Shown here in pieces: positions 1 to 9,163 of a stretch of 64,000 nucleotides of DNA. Both the position numbers and the translations under genes were made by a program. Origin of the DNA: a virus (Duplodnaviria; Caudoviricetes); the IMG/VR virus record IMGVR_UViG_2718218017_000002, positions 1-64,000 of that record. The stretch is one strand, 5' to 3'. The notes under the pieces were generated by a model. The model had not been told where the DNA came from, searched no databases, and was given only the letters and a program-made list of their open reading frames with translations. Every line of letters begins with the position of its first letter. Position 1 is the stretch's first letter.

Positions 1-522
1 ATGATACTAAGTGGAAAAGAAATAAAGAATAAATTAGGCAAGGAAATTATAATAGAACCTTTTAATGAAAAACAACTCAATCCTAATAGCTATAATTTAA
101 GGCTTCATAATAAATTACTTGTTTATGAAGAAAATATTCTTGATATGAAAAAAGTTAACTCTGCAAGAGAGATTATAATACCTAATGAAGGATTCTTACT
201 AGAACCTAATAAGCTTTATTTAGGTAGAACGCTAGAATACACAGAAACTGATAAATATGTTCCTATGGTTGAGGGTAGAAGCTCTGTAGGAAGATTAGGT
301 TTATTTATACATGTTACTGCTGGATTTGGAGATATTGGTTTTAAAGGGTATTGGACCTTAGAAATGTTCTGTATACAACCAATAAAAATATATCCAAACG
401 TTGAAATATGTCAAACTTACTACCATGCAATAGAAGGAGAATATGATAGATATAAAAGTGAAAAATATCAAAACAACAAAGGTATTCAACCTAGCTTATT
501 ATATAAAGATTTTTTAAAATAA
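1..522 (+). CDS. dcd: dCTP deaminase
   Basis: MILSGKEI start, QLNPNSYNLRL, EGRSSVGRLGLFIHVTAGFGDIGFKGYWTLE motifs of the dCTP deaminase/dUTPase fold. Confidence 0.85.
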   Translation: MILSGKEIKNKLGKEIIIEPFNEKQLNPNSYNLRLHNKLLVYEENILDMKKVNSAREIIIPNEGFLLEPNKLYLGRTLEYTETDKYVPMVEGRSSVGRLGLFIHVTAGFGDIGFKGYWTLEMFCIQPIKIYPNVEICQTYYHAIEGEYDRYKSEKYQNNKGIQPSLLYKDFLK

Positions 523-581
523 AAGGTTGTAATTAAATAATTTTCCCAAATAATACTTTTTAAATAATTTAACTTTCTTAT

Positions 582-613
582 AAAACTACCCTATGAACTC
601 ATAGGGTAGTTTT
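582..613. terminator. intrinsic terminator after dcd
   Basis: Perfect 15-bp inverted repeat AAAACTACCCTATGA-AC-TCATAGGGTAGTTTT. Confidence 0.8.
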
Positions 614-630
614 ATATTTATCACTTTTTA

Positions 631-679
631 TTGTGTTACTGGTTGTGTTATCTTAAAAAAACTTCTGTGGGTTGTGTTA
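631..679. repeat. three TTGTGTTA direct repeats, possible integrase arm-type sites
   Basis: Copies at 631, 643, 672; same TGTGTTA core as the repeats at 15983-16004. Confidence 0.45.
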
Positions 680-725
680 TTTTGCATTAAAAAAGACCTT
701 TATATGTTAGTAAAAGTCTTGATAT

Positions 726-763
726 TGGTGCATCAGAGAGGACTTGAACCCCCGGCACGCTGG
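726..763 (-). repeat. att core copy 1: 3' half of a tRNA (T-arm, acceptor strand, CCA)
   Basis: Minus strand CCAGCGTGCCGGGGGTTCAAGTCCTCTCTGATGCACCA; identical 38 bp at 15830-15867; upstream sequence is not a tRNA 5' half. tRNA-Arg is a guess only. Confidence 0.85.
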
Positions 764-865
764 GACGTAATAAACAATTTTACATAGTTCCTCACTATCC
801 CTAAACCCTGTTATACTGTCATTTTATTTCTCGTCTTGTCCCTTATTATACCTTTTTATTCTATC

Positions 866-892
866 CTATAAGGGGTAAAAAAGGGGGTAAAA
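866..892. repeat. integrase arm-type site pair, left end of satellite
   Basis: CTATAAGGGGTAAAAAAGGGGGTAAAA matches 15749-15775 at 26/27 positions. Confidence 0.7.
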
Positions 893-944
893 ATTCTTGC
901 AAGTAATTATTCATATTTTATAATCTCTATATATGTACACATTA

Positions 945-1114
945 AATTATGTGCATCTGTGCAAGATATACAATATAAAAACATGAACTTTGTAAAAACA
1001 TCTGTACTATCTGTACTGATCCCCTTAAACCCTTCATATAAAAGGAAAGTACAGATATTTTATGTGTACTTTCAATCTGTACTATGTGTACTATCTGTAC
1101 TTTTGTGGTATAAT
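945..1114 (+). promoter_or_regulatory. 9-mer iteron-like array A over an extended -10 promoter
   Basis: Repeated AT(C/G)TGTACT units; TGgTATAAT at 1106-1114 upstream of the 1231 gene. Confidence 0.6.
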
Positions 1115-1230
1115 ATTGTAAATATATTGAGAATATTATAAAAAATATTATTTTACATAGAAATAAAAAGATTACAAGGAGCGATCTAATTAGATAAAAC
1201 TTAATAAGCAAGAAAAATATTAAAGGAGGT

Positions 1231-1554
1231 GTGACATTGGATCAACTTTTAACCAAAAAGGATCTCGCTAAGAGATGGCAAATATCAACGGCAACTATAG
1301 ACAGGTATATACAGGACAAAATATTAGTTCCAGTCAAAGGTATCACAGTAATAAGATTTAATCCGCAGTATATTAGAGAACTTGAAGGAACAAAGCTTGA
1401 AAAGTTTTCACCAGTAGAAAGAAGAAGACTGGAGAGAGAGCTGGAAGACCTTAAACGAGAGAATGAAATATTAAAAGGAGTTATAGCTAGGATTCAATCA
1501 ATAACATCAGAATCTATGTATCTAATGTCTAAGGAGCCACCATTTCAGGTATAA
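1231..1554 (+). CDS. excisionase/MerR-like HTH protein with C-terminal coiled coil
   Basis: LLTKKDLAKRWQISTATIDRY winged-HTH pattern; LERELEDLKRENEILK coil; AGGAGG RBS. Confidence 0.7.
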   Translation: MTLDQLLTKKDLAKRWQISTATIDRYIQDKILVPVKGITVIRFNPQYIRELEGTKLEKFSPVERRRLERELEDLKRENEILKGVIARIQSITSESMYLMSKEPPFQV

Positions 1555-1590
1555 AAAGAGAGCTTTAAAATATAAAGCTCCTTACTTATT
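1553..1590. terminator. bidirectional terminator between convergent genes
   Basis: GAGCTTTA-AAATA-TAAAGCTC stem with A- and T-rich flanks. Confidence 0.6.
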
Positions 1591-1613
1591 TATGAATAAC
1601 ATTAAATATCTTC

Positions 1614-1802
1614 TCAATGTTGCTTCAAATACTCAATTATGCCTTTTCTGAAATCATTCATTGTATAAAATACTTGCTTTGAAATCTCCTCCATATGAGA
1701 TTTATTTAATGATCCATCAGTATTATTTGCATTGACCTCCATTTCATATGAAAAATCACCCAATGATTTTCTAAGAGCCTTATCCAAATCATTAATATTC
1801 AT
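1614..1802 (-). CDS. hypothetical protein
   Basis: 62-aa ORF with GGGGG RBS, last gene of the packaging operon. Confidence 0.6.
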   Translation of the reverse strand: MNINDLDKALRKSLGDFSYEMEVNANNTDGSLNKSHMEEISKQVFYTMNDFRKGIIEYLKQH

Positions 1803-1813
1803 TTTTAATCCCC

Positions 1814-2158
1814 CTAATTATTTTCATTATAGTTATCTTTAGTATAGGCAGTAATTTTTAAATCTGATTTATAACCTTCTAAATCGTCTATATCTGTTAT
1901 ATAGTATTTTTTACCATTATACTCTATGATACAATCCAGATCTATATCATTACGCCAGTTTATTTTAAATACAGCTTGCACTTCAGTATTTGCAATAATT
2001 GCCTGTTGAGTCTCTTTTGTAGTTGCATGTCTATAATATGCCCATATATTTTTAACTAAATAATCAAGTTTTTTATCAGTTTCTCCTAATTCATTCTCAT
2101 ATTCTACATAATGTAATATATTAATTTTCCTATTTTTCATATCATTCATATTTACCAC
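1814..2158 (-). CDS. phage head closure (head-tail adaptor) protein
   Basis: MKNRKINI...IWAYY...FKINWRNDIDLDCIIEYNGKKYYITDID pattern; follows terL. Confidence 0.8.
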   Translation of the reverse strand: MVNMNDMKNRKINILHYVEYENELGETDKKLDYLVKNIWAYYRHATTKETQQAIIANTEVQAVFKINWRNDIDLDCIIEYNGKKYYITDIDDLEGYKSDLKITAYTKDNYNENN

Positions 2159-2162
2159 ATCC

Positions 2163-3806
2163 TTATTGTATAGCCCTTAAAAATTCCTCATAATGTTCAA
2201 ATAGTCCAGTATAGGCATCTAGCATTGAAGCCATACCATCTATTCTCATTTTAGCCGATTGATTTTTGATAGGTACTATATTACCATTTCTGTCTGTTTC
2301 AACTCCTGTGTTAGTTAAACACCATTTTAGCATTGGATTATTATTATAATTAATTTTCTTGGCTTGTAAATCTGCCCCCATCATTTGCATTGGTAATGAC
2401 AGGGTCTTAGCTCCTTGAATACATCTTTCCATTTTGAAGCCATTATTTTTCATTTCTTCAACCCAGTATTTAGCTGAATAACTGTCATAATATATCCATA
2501 ATGGAGTTATTTCCTTTTCGTTTAACATTTCAAGAAACCACGCTGTAACATCCCTATAATCAATACTGTTACCCTCGCATAGTCTTAATAAGCCACGTTC
2601 AAGCCATTTATCATATGGTATTTTATCCTCATAAACTCTTTTATTAAAACTCTCTTTAGGGAGCCAATACATTTGTGTTATATATCTCTTTTGAGTTTCG
2701 GCATCCATCAGTAACAATGTTGCTGCTGTTAAATCTGTGGTAATACTGAGGTCTGCCCCTCCTATAGCATAGGAATTACAGAAGTTATTTATATTAAAAG
2801 TTTCCTCATTGTTTATAGCATCAAATGTAAGCCATGCAGTTGATACAGTACACCTTATATTAAAATCTTTTGTGAGAATACCAGAAACATCCTTAGGGTT
2901 ATTCTTTGCTCTATCAACTTTTATTTCTAAATCATCAAGCTTTTTAATATTTCCTAATCCTGGGTTAGCCTTTGGCCAACATTCTGGATTTCTCCATTCT
3001 TCTTTACTGTCAAGTTCATAAAGAATAGGTAAAAAGGTATCATCTTCGAAATTTCCATCAACTACATTGCAAGCATATTCATACATATCATCAAAAATAT
3101 TCTCTCGCACTGTTCCTGCTGTGGTTATCATAATCAATAATGGTTCCCGCCTTGCACTTTGAGACTGTTTCATAACTTCATATAAGTTCCTATCTTTAAT
3201 ACTGTGTAATTCATCTATAATGACGCATTGAGAATTTAATCCATCAAGTGTATCTGAATTTTTACCTAATGCCTGAAATTTTGACATTGTAAGGGGGAAG
3301 TATAAATCTGTCTTACGTTTCTTTAGATGTTTTGATAAATATGGACTTTGATTTACCATATTTAAAGTTTCGTCAAAACATATCTTAGCTTGGTCTTTTT
3401 TACTTGCACATGAGTACACCTCTGCCCCTGCTTCACCGTCTGCAACTAACATATATAACGCTATGGCTGATAACATTACCGTTTTACCATTCTTCCTACT
3501 CACATAAAACATACTTTCTCTATAACGCCTTAAACCTGTATTTTTATCAATAAATCCAAATAGAGCCGATATAAAAGCTTTCTGGAATAGCTCTAATATT
3601 ACCGATTTTCCTGCCCATTCACCTTTTGAATGTTTACAAAACTTTTCTATAAATTCTATAGGCCTATTAGCTTTATTTTCATCAAATATATATTTATTAG
3701 GGTTGTCAATATCATCAACCAGCCTTTTATATTCCTTTTCTATCCTTTTAGATACAATATATTTTCCTGATTTAATTCCTTTGTAGTATTCTTTTATATA
3801 GTTCAT
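2163..3806 (-). CDS. terL: terminase large subunit
   Basis: Walker A VSRKNGKT, Walker B IIDELH, coupling motif ITTAG, nuclease GGADLS, RIDGMASMLDA. Confidence 0.95.
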   Translation of the reverse strand: MNYIKEYYKGIKSGKYIVSKRIEKEYKRLVDDIDNPNKYIFDENKANRPIEFIEKFCKHSKGEWAGKSVILELFQKAFISALFGFIDKNTGLRRYRESMFYVSRKNGKTVMLSAIALYMLVADGEAGAEVYSCASKKDQAKICFDETLNMVNQSPYLSKHLKKRKTDLYFPLTMSKFQALGKNSDTLDGLNSQCVIIDELHSIKDRNLYEVMKQSQSARREPLLIMITTAGTVRENIFDDMYEYACNVVDGNFEDDTFLPILYELDSKEEWRNPECWPKANPGLGNIKKLDDLEIKVDRAKNNPKDVSGILTKDFNIRCTVSTAWLTFDAINNEETFNINNFCNSYAIGGADLSITTDLTAATLLLMDAETQKRYITQMYWLPKESFNKRVYEDKIPYDKWLERGLLRLCEGNSIDYRDVTAWFLEMLNEKEITPLWIYYDSYSAKYWVEEMKNNGFKMERCIQGAKTLSLPMQMMGADLQAKKINYNNNPMLKWCLTNTGVETDRNGNIVPIKNQSAKMRIDGMASMLDAYTGLFEHYEEFLRAIQ

Positions 3807-3810
3807 ATAA

Positions 3811-4155
3811 TCACTTCGTTTTTATAAAATCTATTAATTCATCTTTTGATTTATTATCGTCTTTAGGAAGTAAATCAATAATTTGTTTATATATTAGGCT
3901 GTATCTCTGGATAGTAGTATTATAAGCCTTTAATGAAGGATTTTCCCTTAAAAACTCTTGTTTACCTTGTTTAAACATTGCAGTAGGGCCTTTTGTGTCA
4001 ACTTCATTTTTTAATGTTTCTAATGTCCGTTGCATAAATTCAAGTTCATTATATAAGCTCTCTGCAATAACTTTTTTATCTCTTGGTAATTTTCCTAATA
4101 TAGCTTTAACTTTTTTCATATCTTTAGAAATATCTATAACTTTCGTTTTTTCCAT
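3811..4155 (-). CDS. terS: terminase small subunit (P27-like)
   Basis: KQGKQEFLRENPSLKAYNTTIQRY...IIDLLP motif; directly upstream of terL. Confidence 0.75.
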   Translation of the reverse strand: MEKTKVIDISKDMKKVKAILGKLPRDKKVIAESLYNELEFMQRTLETLKNEVDTKGPTAMFKQGKQEFLRENPSLKAYNTTIQRYSLIYKQIIDLLPKDDNKSKDELIDFIKTK

Positions 4156-4186
4156 GAAACTTCACCTTTCTTTAAATGATATTTAA

Positions 4187-4283
4187 TACTGCTTTATATA
4201 TTTTCCCACCCTTAATATAAAATCAATGGGAGGGGTTTAGAAATGGCGGGCATATGGTCTTAGCCACAGCGTTGTTTTTCGGT
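4187..4283. other. probable cos/packaging region of the satellite
   Basis: Non-coding gap with G/C runs between HNH and terS, the usual cos position in HK97-like elements (inference). Confidence 0.5.
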
Positions 4284-4583
4284 CTATTGGGGGGACTTTA
4301 TAAGGTTTCCATTTTCATCAAATATAGTTTCCTTAGTGGTTACTTGATGATTTCTATTGTGTATCTTATTATGACATTCTATACACAAGGCTTCTAGGTT
4401 ATCCCAATTCAATGTTATTTCTGGATTATTTATATTTCTGGGATTTATAAATTTTTTATGATGAACTATCGTTGCAGACCTTCCGCATCTCTCACATATA
4501 CAGTATTTACTCTTTATATACCCCTTTCTACACTTAATCCATTCTTTACTTTGATAAAAACTCTTAGCATATTCTTTACTCAT
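4284..4583 (-). CDS. HNH endonuclease (terminase cofactor)
   Basis: CERCG...VHHK...NLEALCIECHNKIH. Confidence 0.9.
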   Translation of the reverse strand: MSKEYAKSFYQSKEWIKCRKGYIKSKYCICERCGRSATIVHHKKFINPRNINNPEITLNWDNLEALCIECHNKIHNRNHQVTTKETIFDENGNLIKSPQ

Positions 4584-4869
4584 TGTCCATACTTCTTCCT
4601 ATTGCCTGTAATGCAACCAATAATGAATCAATAGCATTTCTCAACTTATCTGTATCCTTGTCTTTAGGTTGAAACCATAACTGTAATATAAATGATGCTG
4701 CGCTCTTTGCTAATGGGTGTATAGTTGCATCATCTATCCACGTTCTACCTGTAGTAGCCTCTAAGTATGGTGGTATAGCATCTATCAATGGTTGCACTAT
4801 ATTAACATCAAGGTCATTCCCATCAACCCTTAATATGTCATGTGCTTCTGGTATGGTAAGTATATTCAT
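4576..4869 (-). CDS. head-tail connector (HK97 gp6-like)
   Basis: LTIPEAHDILRVD...IDAIPPYLEATTG...LAKSAASFILQLWF; follows capsid. Confidence 0.75.
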   Translation of the reverse strand: MNILTIPEAHDILRVDGNDLDVNIVQPLIDAIPPYLEATTGRTWIDDATIHPLAKSAASFILQLWFQPKDKDTDKLRNAIDSLLVALQAIGRSMDNE

Positions 4870-4924
4870 ACATATTCACCTCTTTAATTAAAGGGGTTGC
4901 GTATAATACGCATACCCCTATCTT

Positions 4925-5071
4925 TTACATTTGACTTGCCATTACTGCTAATTCACTAATTGTCTTTGCAATTTTAAGATACTCGTCAATTGCAACTGGC
5001 TTACCTTCTAATTTCTTTTGCCTTTTTTGTAATTCTTCTATTTGTTCATTAATAACTTTTATATAATCCAT
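4925..5071 (-). CDS. 48-aa hypothetical protein (not in ORF track)
   Basis: MDYIKVINEQIEELQKRQKK...; GGAGG RBS. Confidence 0.5.
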   Translation of the reverse strand: MDYIKVINEQIEELQKRQKKLEGKPVAIDEYLKIAKTISELAVMASQM

Positions 5072-5088
5072 TATTTATACCTCCTAAA

Positions 5089-6297
5089 TTATTCATACTT
5101 TGTAAGTTTTAAAAATGCTTCTGGTACTATTGGCTTACAGTCAGCTATTGCCAGTGCCCTGTAATCTATAAGCCCGGATTTAAAGCTTGATTCTCTGCTT
5201 ACCTCAAGTAATATACCTTCTGGTATGTTATATCCCATATAATTAAAATCTCCTAATAGTATGGTATCATCTGGTATATTGTCGTCTACGATTATTGGCT
5301 TCCCTAGAATAAACCCTATTTGCTGCTGTTGAGGATCTGCTATAAATAAAGGTCTCTTGTTATCATCAGTCAAACTGTATATAAGATTATATAGACTAGC
5401 ATTATTCATACCAAACTTTGCGTTAACTCCATATCCTCTTTTTAACATTCCCAGTATCTTAGTGAAATCTGTATATGCTGGCTTATCTGTATATGTGAGA
5501 CTATTACTTGTATCCCATGTAATGCCTGATAATATTCCGGTACCTTGCCCTGAACCTGTACCACTTACTATAGCTTCGTTTATAGTATCAATAACACAAT
5601 TATTAAGTTCTGTTTCAAGATAATTTTCAAAGGCTCCTAAACTCATTTTATTTGCTACTGCTGACATACTGAATATCTTTATTATTTCATATGCTGAAAA
5701 ACTGACTGATGCAGTATCTACGGTTTCACTTTCAACATCTGCACCCTCTATATGCCAATTAGCCTTTGAACTCGGTGTACCCACTGGCACTTTTAAATTA
5801 CTTGGTATATTGAAGTTCCTACAAGCTGATATTAGTCCACCCTGTTTTCTTGCCTTTTCAATAATCTCATTTAATGTCTGTGTTGGTAATACTGCTGCTG
5901 AATTAGTCATTGTTGAAAAACTACTGGCTCTTTTTTCTATTCTTGCACGGTCATATATATTTTTTTCAGTTTCAGTTAACTTCTGCCCTAACATTGACTT
6001 GAAAAAAGCACTTCTATATTCTTTTGTTTTAAATAAGTCCGTTCCTTCTGGAATATCAACACCTTTATTGAATTCCATCCCTGTTATAGGATTAAATCCT
6101 TTATTTGATTTACTTCTTTTCTCAATAATATTTTCTTTGGCCTGCTTCAATCCATCAAGTTCAATATTTAATGCTTCTATATTGGCATCCGGATCACTGT
6201 CTATCAATTTTCCTATTTCTAATGCTCGTGTTTCAATTTCCTTAATATCCTTGGCTCTATAATGATTAAATGCTTCTTGAATTGTTTTAAATTCCAT
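5089..6297 (-). CDS. HK97-family major capsid protein
   Basis: N-terminal coiled delta-like domain, AVLPTQTLNEII, AIVSGTGSGQGTGIL, LGKPIIVDDNIP, ILLGDF. Confidence 0.9.
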   Translation of the reverse strand: MEFKTIQEAFNHYRAKDIKEIETRALEIGKLIDSDPDANIEALNIELDGLKQAKENIIEKRSKSNKGFNPITGMEFNKGVDIPEGTDLFKTKEYRSAFFKSMLGQKLTETEKNIYDRARIEKRASSFSTMTNSAAVLPTQTLNEIIEKARKQGGLISACRNFNIPSNLKVPVGTPSSKANWHIEGADVESETVDTASVSFSAYEIIKIFSMSAVANKMSLGAFENYLETELNNCVIDTINEAIVSGTGSGQGTGILSGITWDTSNSLTYTDKPAYTDFTKILGMLKRGYGVNAKFGMNNASLYNLIYSLTDDNKRPLFIADPQQQQIGFILGKPIIVDDNIPDDTILLGDFNYMGYNIPEGILLEVSRESSFKSGLIDYRALAIADCKPIVPEAFLKLTKYE

Positions 6298-6309
6298 TTT
6301 AAATTCTCC

Positions 6310-6495
6310 TTATCCTATTATTGATTTCAAATTTTTTTCTATAAAGCTTTGTCTTTCTTTTTCGGTTTTAAACATTAATTTTTCTTCATTACTTCCCATT
6401 ACAAATCGTATTGTATATATACCCATATTAGGAATAATAATTTTATCTACACGATCTAAATTTATAAAACGACTTTCTTTAATTTTCAAAAACAT
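6310..6495 (-). CDS. hypothetical protein
   Basis: 61-aa ORF coupled to the protease stop codon. Confidence 0.55.
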   Translation of the reverse strand: MFLKIKESRFINLDRVDKIIIPNMGIYTIRFVMGSNEEKLMFKTEKERQSFIEKNLKSIIG

Positions 6496-7068
6496 TTATT
6501 TACCTCTTTTCAAAATTTGATTTACCTTAATTTTCAATTCTTTTCTCTTTGGATCTTTAAGTTTATTCCATGTACCCTCTATCTGAGACCTTGCTTCTAC
6601 ACTTGTCTGCGGATATGCTGGGAATGGAGTTAAACTTACTTCATACAATCTTTCAATTTTATTTATTGTTCTTGTATTGGTTTCAGGATCATATTCATCT
6701 CCACCCTTTGGTACTTTAAAAGCAAAACTCATACCTGATAAGTCCTGTCTTTTAACTGCTGCATATATTTCTTTTCCTGTTTCTGTATCAGGTAAAGATG
6801 CTCTCATATTTATTCCATTAGGTGTTTTTTCTAATTTCATAGTCCTAGGTGTTCTTGCCAGTGGCACTTTGCTTAAATCATGGTTATACAGTAAATGAGT
6901 ATCATTTAGGTCTGTATCTGCCAATGCTGACCTTTTAATAATCTCTGTATAATCCCCAAAAATATCATGTATTGTAGTAGGTATATCAAATACTATTGGT
7001 GTACCCACTAAAGTAAGACCTTCATCTGCCGAATCAGTCCTTATCTGTGCTGTTCTGATTTCCTTCAT
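6496..7068 (-). CDS. HK97-family prohead protease
   Basis: LLYNHD, GMSFAF, LYEVSLTPFPAYPQTSV; start set at ATG 7068 after GGAGG. Confidence 0.9.
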   Translation of the reverse strand: MKEIRTAQIRTDSADEGLTLVGTPIVFDIPTTIHDIFGDYTEIIKRSALADTDLNDTHLLYNHDLSKVPLARTPRTMKLEKTPNGINMRASLPDTETGKEIYAAVKRQDLSGMSFAFKVPKGGDEYDPETNTRTINKIERLYEVSLTPFPAYPQTSVEARSQIEGTWNKLKDPKRKELKIKVNQILKRGK

Positions 7069-8260
7069 CTGGATTTTTACCTCCCATCTGATATTTATTA
7101 ACAATATTTGTATCAGCCACATTCAAAGTCTGTAATCTCCTGTCACCATCTTCAATTCCAGGTAAATTCAATATCTCAAGTGCCTGATTTATTGTAAGTA
7201 GACCTAGTGGCATCAATTCTTTAAGTGCTGTTATCTTAGTTGTATTTGATGTGAATTGTAATTTATCAGATTCAAGCAATATTGAATTTCCAAAGGACTG
7301 TTCACGTTGAGTAAATAATTTCCCTGTAAGCTCTAGGCTCATTTGAGTTGATAAAGGTTCTATTGTGCTTTCATAAAATGCTGACCATTCATCCTCCGTA
7401 TATGTGCAGTTTATAATACTTTCACTTACACCTAGATAACTGTATATTCTATTTTTAATTGCATCCAATTGTTGTCCATTTATAAGTACAGGTTTATTTT
7501 CTATTGGTTGGTAATCCATTTTAGTATCTAATGCAGCAATACCACCATTATTTTCAATACTTAAATAATCTTTTATAAAGTCTTCTTTTGCCTCTTTCAG
7601 CTTTTCACTAGATAGAACTTGATTGTATTTCAGTAATCCACGTATTTGTGCTGAAGTCTTAATTGAATTCTCCATACCTTGATTTTGAGTATGTGCTAAA
7701 TCCAGAGTTGGCATTATTGCTTTGTTATCATCGCCTAGCAGATCATTTGAGTTATAGAATCTTCTTAATAAAACCACTTGACTATATTCCACTATGAATT
7801 CTCTGCCCTTTAAAAATAGGAACTTACAATATAATGTCCCTGTTACATCTATAACAAATTCCATACTTAACGGTGATAGTGGATATATACCTGAAAGATT
7901 GCCTTTACCATCTAATGACAGATATGCAAATGAATTATTATATAAAAAATAATGTGTTGCCATTTTATAAAGGAAATCATAGGTGTTCATATATGGATTA
8001 GGTCTTGTCTGTAATATATAATTTAATGTGGAATCTCCATCTTTTCTCTGTCCTGATTGGGTAATTACATGAGTAGGAACTAATTTCGCAAAATTCTTTG
8101 CTATAGCATCAACGCCACTTCTATATAAATCATTTGAATAGGCATCTCCTGAAAATGGTGTAAATATTGGTGGACTGCCATTCATGACATCAATTCTTTG
8201 AATATTTGACTTATTTGCAGGGCTTTTATTTCTATTGAATAATTTATCTAATATATTCAT
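7034..8260 (-). CDS. HK97-family portal protein
   Basis: LQTRPNPYMN..DFLYKM, NNSFAY, GLLTINQALEILNLPGIEDGD. Confidence 0.9.
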   Translation of the reverse strand: MNILDKLFNRNKSPANKSNIQRIDVMNGSPPIFTPFSGDAYSNDLYRSGVDAIAKNFAKLVPTHVITQSGQRKDGDSTLNYILQTRPNPYMNTYDFLYKMATHYFLYNNSFAYLSLDGKGNLSGIYPLSPLSMEFVIDVTGTLYCKFLFLKGREFIVEYSQVVLLRRFYNSNDLLGDDNKAIMPTLDLAHTQNQGMENSIKTSAQIRGLLKYNQVLSSEKLKEAKEDFIKDYLSIENNGGIAALDTKMDYQPIENKPVLINGQQLDAIKNRIYSYLGVSESIINCTYTEDEWSAFYESTIEPLSTQMSLELTGKLFTQREQSFGNSILLESDKLQFTSNTTKITALKELMPLGLLTINQALEILNLPGIEDGDRRLQTLNVADTNIVNKYQMGGKNPDEGNQNSTDKD

Positions 8261-8391
8261 TAAAATCTCCTTTCAAAATATAAAAGCACAGGAAAAATGG
8301 TTCTCCAGCTTTGGAGTTTCATAACTTTCCCGTGCCTTTTACAGCTTCCACTATTTTTAGTGGGGTACTTCCTATATTTAACTATAGTGTT

Positions 8392-8420
8392 ATTGTACCA
8401 TATCACTAATACTATGGCAA
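8392..8420 (-). promoter_or_regulatory. sigmaA-type promoter of the satellite packaging operon
   Basis: Minus strand TTGCCA-N17-TACAAT upstream of portal. Confidence 0.6.
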
Positions 8421-8452
8421 CCCTACCCTTATAAATCATCCTTTTTTATTTG

Positions 8453-8511
8453 GGTGTATGGTGTAGGTGTATCCTTTATTGGTGTAACCTTACAATCTAA
8501 TATCTACACCC
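8453..8511. repeat. GGTGTA repeat cluster (candidate origin or activator sites)
   Basis: GGTGTA at 8453, 8460, 8466, 8481 plus an inverted copy near 8505. Confidence 0.45.
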
Positions 8512-8888
8512 TGCCGTATAGTACCATATTTATTCCTCTTCTTTGATATTCCTAGTAGTAAAGCTATATCTTTAAATTCTAGTGAAAACTTAGTATTAGA
8601 AATATTACTTCCATTCCAAACATTAAAAGATTGTACTAGTTGTTTATTGCTTATAGATAAATCTCTTTGTAATATGCACTTCTCTTCTATAAATAGTTCT
8701 ATAGAATTGTCATTCTTTTTGGATTGTTTTGCCTTCCTTTCCCAATAAGCCTCATTGTATCTCAGTACTTTATCCTTATTTTTAGCTCTCCATCTCCTGT
8801 TATAAGCATTAAATTGTTCTTTATGCTGTCTTCGGTACTCTCTCTGATATGCTGCTTTGGCTTTTCTTGCTTCATCACTTAAATGCAT
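8490..8888 (-). CDS. basic helical N-terminus fused to a primase-C-terminal-like winged helix
   Basis: AYQREYRRQH...YNEAYWERKA then SIELFIEEKC...SFNVW...KFSLEFK, resembling the end of the element's primase. Confidence 0.55.
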   Translation of the reverse strand: MHLSDEARKAKAAYQREYRRQHKEQFNAYNRRWRAKNKDKVLRYNEAYWERKAKQSKKNDNSIELFIEEKCILQRDLSISNKQLVQSFNVWNGSNISNTKFSLEFKDIALLLGISKKRNKYGTIRQGVDIRL

Positions 8889-9004
8889 GTACTCACACTC
8901 CTGGAATTATATGAATAATTTTTCTCTTGAATTTGATTTTTTACTTAAAAGGAAGTAAACTTTAATTGCATGTGATAACCTTACTTCCTTTGGTAAGCAA
9001 GGTT

Positions 9005-9163
9005 TTATTTATTTAAGAGGTCCATTCTTATATGTTTGTGTGGACCTTCTTTTTTATATTCTTTTGGCTCTTTTTTGAATTTAAAACCACTTTTTATAAG
9101 TGCTAAAAGTTTATCTCTCTCCTGTTCCGTAGAATATGAAATTTTTAATTTAATCATGGTCAT
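9005..9163 (-). CDS. 52-aa hypothetical protein (not in ORF track)
   Basis: MTMIKLKISYSTEQERDKLL...; ATGA overlap with upstream gene. Confidence 0.55.
   Translation of the reverse strand: MTMIKLKISYSTEQERDKLLALIKSGFKFKKEPKEYKKEGPHKHIRMDLLNK

Noticed and set aside
1-522. dcd as a phage anti-viral dCTP deaminase or element cargo
   Set aside because: It lies outside the att-bounded elements and has the housekeeping dUTPase-fold motifs, not the kinase-plus-CDA architecture of defensive dCTP deaminases.
726-763. Intact tRNA gene at either att copy
   Set aside because: Only T-arm, acceptor 3' strand and CCA are present; upstream sequence gives no D-arm or complementary acceptor 5' strand.
788-799. 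12-mer TTCCTCACTATC also found at 20488-20499
   Set aside because: Isolated 12-bp matches are expected by chance in 64 kb; flanks do not align.
942-1211. Track ORFs 942-1211(-) and 959-1141(+)
   Set aside because: They overlay the 9-mer regulatory array, lack RBSs and have low-complexity translations.
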